This document shows, piece by piece, positions 54,247 to 61,701 of a stretch of 64,000 bases of DNA. The stretch spans positions 40,946 to 104,945 of the forward strand of contig CAZLPZ010000001.1 in the NCBI GenBank assembly GCA_964561535.1, read 5' to 3'. The notes under the pieces are model-generated. The model made no database searches. It worked only from the letters and a program-made list of their open reading frames with translations, and was not told the origin of the DNA. The stretch's first letter is position 1. Every line of letters begins with the position of its first letter. Source of the stretch: an uncultured Pseudobdellovibrionaceae bacterium (lineage in GTDB: Bacteria > Pseudomonadota > Alphaproteobacteria > Micavibrionales > Micavibrionaceae). Made by a program: the position numbers and the translations under genes.

Positions 54247-55890
54247 ATGTGGAATAATTTGATAATGCCCATCACGACCGCCGACCTTGCCGCCCTAAAA
54301 TCTTTGGATGAGGCCGAAAAGCTGTATCCGCCCCGGAAATTGCCCGCAGGTGCTGAAGTCGTGCGCGTGGCACCGTCCCCCACCGGCCTACCCCATTTGG
54401 GTACCGCGATGCAGGTGACGATTGACCGCGCACTCGCCAACCAAACGGGCGGTGTTTTTATTTTACGGATTGAGGATACGGACCAAACACGTTTGGTCGA
54501 CGACGCCGTCACGGCGATCCAAGACGGCATTAAATGGATGGGCATTGTGCCCGATGAAGGTGTGGGATATGGCGGCAATTACGGTCCCTATACCCAAAGC
54601 GAACGATTACCGCTTTATAAGCTTGCAGCTGATTCTTTACTTGAAAAAGGCCATGCATACCGTTGTTTTTGTTCAAAAGAACGTATTGACCTTTTGCGCA
54701 AAAACCAACAACAACAAGGCCTTCTTCCCGGCTATGACGGTCATTGCCGTAATCTTTCGGCGGATACGATCGCACGTAAACTGTCCGAAGGACAACCTTT
54801 TACCATTCGCATGAAAATCCCCGAAAAAACAACAATTCAAGTCCATGATTTGGTCCGCGGACCCATTTCGTTCGACACCGATACGTTAACGGATGAAATT
54901 TTAATGAAATCGGATGGCCGGTTTCCTACCTATCACTTGGCCGCCATGGTTGATGACCATTTTATGCGCGTGACCACGATTGTCCGGGGTGAAGAATGGA
55001 TTTCATCCGCCCCCAAACACGTGTTGTTGTACCAATATTTTGGATGGGATATGCCAAAATTATTGCATACAGTACTCCTCCGCGACACACAAAAACGGAA
55101 ACTATCGAAACGATTGGGTGATACATCCATCCGGTGGTTTGAACATCAAGGATACCTGCCCGATGGGTTCCGTAATTTCATCACCCGCGTGATGTGGGCG
55201 CACCCGGGGGAAAAAGACGTATATCCGTATCAAGAATTTATTGATTTAATGAAAACGTCCGACCTGCCCGCGACCGGACCGGTAGCCGATTTCGCCCTGT
55301 TGGGGTTCATCAACGGCAAATATATTACCGATATGACGGTGGATGCGCGGTACGATGCCATGTGTCATTATTTCAATAAATTGATCGAGCGCGGCGAAGG
55401 GCTAACCCTTGAAATTTATAATGGTGAACAACGGGATACGATTGAATATTCACATGATACTTTAACCGCATTTTCCAAGGCATTTCGGGCCGACCCAGAC
55501 TTTTCAAAACGCGTTTTTGCGTTGGAGCCTGAACGCATCCGGCGTTTGGGTGATGTGATTGAACAATATGGGTTCCTGTTCAAACCCCTGTATACCCCCC
55601 CTACAGTCGAACAGATTCTGAAAAACGCAGGGTCGGTGGACAAGGCCAAAACGATCCTAACTGATTATCTGGGCGTTGGTCATAACGGTGGCGAGACACA
55701 TGAAGAATGGGATTTGCGCCTGCGCGCCATTGGCGAAAAAATCGCCGATAAACCGAAAGCCGTCTTTATGACGATACGATTGGCCATCACGGGCAAGGAA
55801 AAATCCCCCCCCGTCTATGAAACCGCCGAAATCCTGGGGCCTGCGGAGGTCAAACGGCGGATGGAGATGGTTTTGACGAATATGTCATAA
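54247..55890 (+). CDS. gltX: glutamate--tRNA ligase (long form)
   Basis: RVAPSPTGLPHLGTA (HIGH variant), ILRIEDTDQTR and KLSKR (KMSKS variant). The true start may be the Met at 54265. Confidence 0.88.
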   Translation: MWNNLIMPITTADLAALKSLDEAEKLYPPRKLPAGAEVVRVAPSPTGLPHLGTAMQVTIDRALANQTGGVFILRIEDTDQTRLVDDAVTAIQDGIKWMGIVPDEGVGYGGNYGPYTQSERLPLYKLAADSLLEKGHAYRCFCSKERIDLLRKNQQQQGLLPGYDGHCRNLSADTIARKLSEGQPFTIRMKIPEKTTIQVHDLVRGPISFDTDTLTDEILMKSDGRFPTYHLAAMVDDHFMRVTTIVRGEEWISSAPKHVLLYQYFGWDMPKLLHTVLLRDTQKRKLSKRLGDTSIRWFEHQGYLPDGFRNFITRVMWAHPGEKDVYPYQEFIDLMKTSDLPATGPVADFALLGFINGKYITDMTVDARYDAMCHYFNKLIERGEGLTLEIYNGEQRDTIEYSHDTLTAFSKAFRADPDFSKRVFALEPERIRRLGDVIEQYGFLFKPLYTPPTVEQILKNAGSVDKAKTILTDYLGVGHNGGETHEEWDLRLRAIGEKIADKPKAVFMTIRLAITGKEKSPPVYETAEILGPAEVKRRMEMVLTNMS

Positions 55891-55946
55891 AATAATATTG
55901 ACATATAATATATTCTGTTGTTTATTCCTCATTAAAAAGGAAACCC

Positions 55947-56357
55947 ATGATAAACGTATATTCATCTCCCCTCGATTTTGGAATACGACAATCTCCCCGT
56001 GATTATTTCCAAATTGATTTCAACGCAGCAGCAATCCCATATGTCTGTTTGAAACTGGGGTGCAGTGTTACAACTTTGCCAGAAGCCATTCGTTCCGAAG
56101 TATCATCCTACGTGAGCGAAAATGGCCCGACAATAGAATATAATCACGTTATTGTTATCGCCGAAAGTGATAATAATATTGAAAAATGGGGAATGGGTTT
56201 GAAAATTTCTTTTCATGAAACCGCATGGTGTTACATCGAGAACGCGAATCTCCAAGGATTTAATATGACTGGTTGTTTAGAAGAAATGATCAATGACTTG
56301 ACAGAAGGTCTGCCAAGCAATGCCTGCGCCTATGCAACGGTGGAACACGTTTGGTAA
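55947..56357 (+). CDS. hypothetical protein, 136 aa
   Basis: ORF with AAGGAAA upstream. No similarity to ribosomal protein S16, which normally occupies this position. Confidence 0.45.
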   Translation: MINVYSSPLDFGIRQSPRDYFQIDFNAAAIPYVCLKLGCSVTTLPEAIRSEVSSYVSENGPTIEYNHVIVIAESDNNIEKWGMGLKISFHETAWCYIENANLQGFNMTGCLEEMINDLTEGLPSNACAYATVEHVW

Positions 56358-56435
56358 GGCCCCGCTTTTCCTTATTTATTTGACACGCACCTTGCCAATC
56401 GTTTTGATAGGCGGCAAGAAATGAGTTAGGTTTTT

Positions 56436-57047
56436 ATGATGCCTTCTGATCGCCTTCTGATCGCCGATATCGGCCCCGCCCATGGCATAAAGGGGGCGGT
56501 CAAATTACGTCTTTTTTTGGACAATCCCGACCTGTTGTCCACCCTAAACCCCCTGTTTATTGGTGAAAATGGGGATAAAACCACAAAACTGACCCTGATG
56601 CAGGACGCCGGGAAATCGGGCTGGATTGGCCGGATTGACGGCGTTGCCGACCGGACAACGGCCGAAAAATGGCGCGGTATAAAACTCTATGCGACCCGCG
56701 CGGCCCTGCCAAATTTGGATCATGACAATGATACAGACGATGCCTCAGGTGATTTAGGGTCCTATTACATCACTGATCTGATCGACCTGACGGCGGTGGA
56801 TGCCGATACAAACGCCGCGATCGGGACCGTATTATCCGTTGATAATTTCGGGGCGTCTGATTTGTTGGATATCAAACCCACCGGTGACGGCGCGACATTT
56901 TACGTGCCGTTCACCGATGATTACGTCCGTGCAGTTGATTTAGCAGCAGGGACCATCGCTTTGGTCAACGCCGATCTTTTTTCTGGCCCCGCGGTCCAGG
57001 ATGATGGCCATGATGATCACAATCAGGACACAACCGAAAAACAATGA
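56436..57047 (+). CDS. rimM: 16S rRNA processing protein RimM
   Basis: LLIADIGPAHGIKGAVKLRLF and the PRC-barrel part YYITDLIDL. Acidic/His-rich tail. Confidence 0.85.
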   Translation: MMPSDRLLIADIGPAHGIKGAVKLRLFLDNPDLLSTLNPLFIGENGDKTTKLTLMQDAGKSGWIGRIDGVADRTTAEKWRGIKLYATRAALPNLDHDNDTDDASGDLGSYYITDLIDLTAVDADTNAAIGTVLSVDNFGASDLLDIKPTGDGATFYVPFTDDYVRAVDLAAGTIALVNADLFSGPAVQDDGHDDHNQDTTEKQ

Positions 57048-57739
57048 CATCCCTTTGGCATGCGAACATCATTACCCTATTCCCGGATATGTTCCCAGGG
57101 CCCCTCGCCCATGCTTTATCGGGAAAAGCGCACCAAAATAAAATATGGGATTTTACAGCCGTAAACCCCCGCGATTTTGCGACCGACCCCCATAAAACGG
57201 TCGATGATACACCCTTTGGCGGCGGAGCAGGCATGGTCTTAAAACCTGATATTCTTGACCGCGCCATCCGGTCGATTCCCACCCCTGGCAAATTGATCTA
57301 TCTATCGGCCCGGGGGCGGAAATTGACCCAATCCATCATCACCAACATCGCCACGCTGCCCGCCATTACATTACTGTGCGGACGCTACGAAGGTGTGGAC
57401 CAGCGCGTTTTGGACGCCCACGGCTTTGACGAGATTTGTATCGGCGATTACGTCCTGTCCGGTGGCGAGGTCGCCGCTTTAACATTAATGGATGCCTGCA
57501 TCCGGTTGCTGCCCGGTGTGATGGGGAATATCGATACAGCTGGGGATGAAAGTTTCACCGACCCCCAGTTACTCGAATATCCACATTACACCCGCCCAGC
57601 GATCTGGACCGATTCAAACGGGGTCGAACATACCGTGCCTCCAATCTTAACATCGGGGGATCACGGAAAAGTCCGCAACTGGCGCGACACCGAATCCCGC
57701 GCCTGGACCACCAAAATGCGGCCGGATCTGATAAAATAA
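57044..57739 (+). CDS. trmD: tRNA (guanine37-N1)-methyltransferase
   Basis: ITLFPDMFPG, DDTPFGGGAGMVLKP, LLCGRYEGVDQRV and GDYVLSGGE. 4-nt overlap with rimM. Confidence 0.95.
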   Translation: MTSLWHANIITLFPDMFPGPLAHALSGKAHQNKIWDFTAVNPRDFATDPHKTVDDTPFGGGAGMVLKPDILDRAIRSIPTPGKLIYLSARGRKLTQSIITNIATLPAITLLCGRYEGVDQRVLDAHGFDEICIGDYVLSGGEVAALTLMDACIRLLPGVMGNIDTAGDESFTDPQLLEYPHYTRPAIWTDSNGVEHTVPPILTSGDHGKVRNWRDTESRAWTTKMRPDLIK

Positions 57740-57918
57740 ACAAAAAATGGAAACTGATGGTCTTCATATTTATGATATAACTATTTGAATTAATTATATT
57801 TATTTCGAAATGAATTTCGATTAAGCCCCCATTTATGCACCCACATCAAAAAATTGCCTGAAGCTTTAGGAGAAAGCGCACCATTCTCTTTCTATGCAGG
57901 AGATACTACTCCCGAAGC

Positions 57919-60054
57919 CTATGCCTGTGGGGCAGGCAAGCTGTCATTAAGCATGTAAGCCGCCATAAGTGGCAAAACGTCCATGTTTTTGTACCCGGGT
58001 TTCAAAGAAACGGCGTCGACACCCATTGAAGCAAATTGAGCGAGAGATGCTGGATCCATTACGTGGTCGCCGCAGGCATCGATCTTTAAGATGGGGTTTG
58101 CAGTGCGTGCACGTGTCATTACATCTTTTAAGGAGGCCGCAACTCTAGGCTCGAGGGTAATAAAGGGGTCTAATCCTCCCAAATCCTTGGTCAATTGACG
58201 GCGCTTAGCCCAATCAGAACGGCCACATCCGAAAAATTCCGATGTATAGTCGTTTGAACCAATGCTAACAAAGTCGCATACCTTAACGATAGGTTCGATA
58301 TTTTGACCCGCTTCAAGTGTTTCGACCATACATCCAAACCGATACTGACCGGTTGATAGACCAAATTCTCCCGATAGTTTCTTAATTATATGCTTGGCAA
58401 ACAATACATCATCCCCAGTACGGACCAATGGGATCATGATTTCAATGGGTTCACATTCTAATGGGGTAAGACCTTCATCAACAGCTTCTTTAAATGCCTG
58501 GAATAACGCTCTTACTTGGCGACGATACATGGATGGCAGTTTACGTGCCAATTGAATGCCACGTGTATTGACAGTCCCAAAACGTGCTTCAATTTCCTGT
58601 TGTTCTGATGTAGAAAAGACATCTTCGGGTACAACATCCAATAGGCGAACCCGGTTACGAACGTGCAAACTGGTTTCGTTAAAGAGCCGCTTAAATATGG
58701 CCCTTTGTGTCGCCTCAAACTTCCTTCGTCCAGTGGTATCACACTTTAGCACCGCTTGACGAAATGCTGCCGTAGCCCTCTGGTCCTCTGCAAGAAGATA
58801 TTCTGTTCGAATAAGGCCAAAGTCGGTATCGATGAAGTGCCCAAACCCATTCACACTGCCAATTGATTTTTTAAGTGTTGGAAGCCCAATCCCATTTTCT
58901 CTTAGTTTTTCTTGCATCACGTGATAAAGTTCACTCACCCATTGATAACTATTCCTATCTGCTGTCGATGGCTTAATTTGAATGTCTTGGGGCAATAATG
59001 AGTTGATGTCCGTATCAATTGTAACGACATCTCCGGATTTTATAATTGAACCATTACCGAACCGAGCCTGGTGAACATTATTTTCGATTTCTTCTATATC
59101 GTAACCGCTCGAACATGCGTAGAGACCGGTAATATTATGGGTTCCGAAAAGAGAGGCCATGTGCGCAGGGTCGCTTTCCTTCAATAATATAATCCCTGCA
59201 ATCTTGCCCAGTATCTGGGGAACCTGTGCAGGATCATAATCTTTGACAATCAGCACAGGTTTATGGCCCTGTTTGAAATGAGATTCAACTTCATCGACTG
59301 TAAAGACAGCGGGCCCCTTGGTCGCCTCACCAGAGAACCGCGCAAATCGAATGGCTTTTTCAAAATCAAAATCACCCGGCGTATAAACGGTTGGTGACAA
59401 ACCTGATGTCCAGAGCCGATCAGCGTGCTCTCTCATTCTTCGAATGGCCTCTTCGAAGGATATGCTCCCATCGGCATGGAAACCCCATATATCACCTGGG
59501 GTAATATTGTCCTGTTGCAAAATAAGGGGGACGAAGTCATTTGGGTTTAAGAGAAACGTTGTCTCAAATGTTTCGTTTAAGTAAGTACGAAGACCGTTAG
59601 TCGGACATCTTGTCAGGTCCCGGTAAATAAACTGTTCACTCGTTAGTACCTTAACAAGCCGTATTTCTGAACGATCCACCGCGTAGACTTTGATATCGGC
59701 CAGATGAGTTTGCCCCTCTTTGACTCTTCGTTGGATCAGGTCCTCGATTCTCTGTTTTGTACGTAAGACAAAGGTATCGTCGGCCGATAGAATCAGGATG
59801 GCTTTAGGAAGTTGCTCTGCTTGAAACCTATCGAACATCTCCAGGGTGCCAGCAAAGGCATTTTCCCTACCACCATGGGCTCCAACACAGTCCAGAACAA
59901 CGGCATGGGGCACTACAAAATCATCATCCAGATCAATCTCATCGAAAAAACGATATCCCTTGAATTCTACCCCCGGTATGGACGTGCCTAGACGCATAAG
60001 CGTGCGTGTCGATACCTCATTTACATTATCATCGACGACAAGAATTCTATGCAC
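57919..60054 (-). CDS. CheY-like receiver fused to a PPDK-type phosphohistidine swivel domain and PEP/pyruvate-binding TIM barrel (no ATP-grasp domain)
   Basis: N-terminus: RILVVDDN...AVVLDC...ILILSADD. Middle: PVLIVKDYDP..AGIILLKESDPAHMASL...SGDVVTIDTD. C-terminus: FGLIRTEY, VRLLDVVPEDVF, EIMIPLV, FGCMVET, FVSIGSNDYT, ACGDHVMDP. These map in order onto PPDK motifs. Confidence 0.8.
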   Translation of the reverse strand: MHRILVVDDNVNEVSTRTLMRLGTSIPGVEFKGYRFFDEIDLDDDFVVPHAVVLDCVGAHGGRENAFAGTLEMFDRFQAEQLPKAILILSADDTFVLRTKQRIEDLIQRRVKEGQTHLADIKVYAVDRSEIRLVKVLTSEQFIYRDLTRCPTNGLRTYLNETFETTFLLNPNDFVPLILQQDNITPGDIWGFHADGSISFEEAIRRMREHADRLWTSGLSPTVYTPGDFDFEKAIRFARFSGEATKGPAVFTVDEVESHFKQGHKPVLIVKDYDPAQVPQILGKIAGIILLKESDPAHMASLFGTHNITGLYACSSGYDIEEIENNVHQARFGNGSIIKSGDVVTIDTDINSLLPQDIQIKPSTADRNSYQWVSELYHVMQEKLRENGIGLPTLKKSIGSVNGFGHFIDTDFGLIRTEYLLAEDQRATAAFRQAVLKCDTTGRRKFEATQRAIFKRLFNETSLHVRNRVRLLDVVPEDVFSTSEQQEIEARFGTVNTRGIQLARKLPSMYRRQVRALFQAFKEAVDEGLTPLECEPIEIMIPLVRTGDDVLFAKHIIKKLSGEFGLSTGQYRFGCMVETLEAGQNIEPIVKVCDFVSIGSNDYTSEFFGCGRSDWAKRRQLTKDLGGLDPFITLEPRVAASLKDVMTRARTANPILKIDACGDHVMDPASLAQFASMGVDAVSLKPGYKNMDVLPLMAAYMLNDSLPAPQA

Positions 60055-60214
60055 GGCGCATTACTCTTTGTATTAGAACGGGCGGACTGGCCCTGTGTTT
60101 AATTCATTTTCCGGAAAATCGCAATATATTAATATGGATATACATGGCTCTGCTTTATATCGGTATAAATTCATAAATATGCAATATTTTATATAGAAAA
60201 ACCCCTCTAAAAAT

Positions 60215-60229
60215 GTTCTTTATATGTTC
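60215..60229. promoter_or_regulatory. alphaproteobacterial LexA (SOS) box GTTC-N7-GTTC
   Basis: GTTCtttatatGTTC is an exact match to the direct-repeat consensus. It lies 60 nt upstream of the Y-family polymerase ORF in a divergent intergenic region. Confidence 0.6.
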
Positions 60230-60248
60230 TTTATGACCTGCTATATAA

Positions 60249-60263
60249 GAACATATCATAAAC
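60249..60263. promoter_or_regulatory. second, imperfect SOS-box-like element in inverted orientation (GAAC-N7-AAAC)
   Basis: GAACatatcatAAAC has one mismatch to GAAC-N7-GAAC and lies 20 nt after the first box. Confidence 0.3.
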
Positions 60264-60288
60264 ATTTTACTCTGCGCTCTATACCCTC

Positions 60289-61566
60289 ATGTCCTTCTTT
60301 ACCCCGCCGCCCCATCATCCGCGCTGGATGTTCGTCGATATGAACAGTTACTTTGCCAGTGTCGAACAACAGGACCGCCCGGCCTTGCGCGGGAAACCTG
60401 TGGCCGTCGTGCCGGTCCAATCAGATAGCACGTGCGCGATTGCGGCATCATATGAGGCCAAGGCTTACGGCATTAAAACCGGCACGATCATTGGGGACGC
60501 GCGGCGCAAATGCCCCGGGCTTATTTGCGTTCTCGCCCGCCATCACAAATATGTTGAATACCATCATAAAATTCTGGCCGAGATTCACCGCCATGTGCCC
60601 ATTACCAAGGTGTGTTCGGTCGATGAACTCTCGTCCCGCCTCTCGCCCCTCAACCAAACCGAAGACCGAGCGGTTGAATTGGCCCACGCGATTAAGGCGG
60701 GTCTAAAAACCAACGTGGGCGACCATATTCGGTGTTCGATCGGCATCGCGCCCAACAGTTTTTTGGCAAAAGTCGCGACCGACATGATGAAACCCGATGG
60801 GTTGGTCGTGTTGCGGGGGACGGAACTTACCCATGAACTCTTCCCCCTGAAACTGACCGACTTGCCGGGAATCAATACCCGGATGGAACAACGCCTGTGG
60901 CGCGCGCGGATCCGCACGGTCGAGGATTTGTGGCGGTCGAGCCCCAAACAGGCGCGGGCGGCCTGGGGCAGTGTGGAAGGAGAACGGTTTTGGTACAATC
61001 TGCACGGCCATGAAATCCCCGACCGGATCACGCATAAATCGATGGTGGGGCATTCGCGCATTCTGGACCCGGATCTGCGGCCCGTGGCCGCCGCGTGGAA
61101 TGTTGCGCATCGGTTGACGGTCAAGGCGGCGTCACGCCTGCGCCGCGATGATTATTACGCCACGCGGTTTGCACTGTCGGTGCGAACATCCGGTAATGAC
61201 CGATGGGCACGTGAAATCCGCCTGCCCCCGGCCCAGGATGATTTTGGGTTTATCCAAGGCGTGCAGGCCCTGTGGTCCGCGATGCGGGCCGAACTCAACC
61301 CCACACACATCAAAAAGATTTCGGTCAGTTTATATGGCCTGTGCCAACGGGGTGAGATCACACCGGATTTGTTTGAACAGGCATCCCCGGCGTATCAAAG
61401 ATTGGTCACGCGTCACGAAAAATTATCGGGGGTGATCGACCAGATTAATATCAAAAACGGACGTGAAGCCGTCCGGTTGGGTCAGACCCCCGCGACCCTT
61501 GCCGGGTACCTCGGCACCAAGATCGCATTCAACCGCGTGCCCGAGATGGGGGAGTTTGTACATTAG
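60289..61566 (+). CDS. Y-family DNA polymerase (DinB/UmuC-like)
   Basis: MFVDMNSYFASVEQ (catalytic Asp), KPVAVVP, SVDELS (catalytic DE), and a little-finger region. The start may be Met at 60328. Confidence 0.85.
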   Translation: MSFFTPPPHHPRWMFVDMNSYFASVEQQDRPALRGKPVAVVPVQSDSTCAIAASYEAKAYGIKTGTIIGDARRKCPGLICVLARHHKYVEYHHKILAEIHRHVPITKVCSVDELSSRLSPLNQTEDRAVELAHAIKAGLKTNVGDHIRCSIGIAPNSFLAKVATDMMKPDGLVVLRGTELTHELFPLKLTDLPGINTRMEQRLWRARIRTVEDLWRSSPKQARAAWGSVEGERFWYNLHGHEIPDRITHKSMVGHSRILDPDLRPVAAAWNVAHRLTVKAASRLRRDDYYATRFALSVRTSGNDRWAREIRLPPAQDDFGFIQGVQALWSAMRAELNPTHIKKISVSLYGLCQRGEITPDLFEQASPAYQRLVTRHEKLSGVIDQINIKNGREAVRLGQTPATLAGYLGTKIAFNRVPEMGEFVH

Positions 61567-61701
61567 ATCCTCCCATCATCACCTAAACAGGAGTGCGGGG
61601 AATAATACAACGCTGGTGCACAAATTATTTATAACTCATTTTCATGATAGTCTTGAGCATAATAAAAGAAGAACAAGAATTGATTTTTAAACTCACGGTT
61701 A

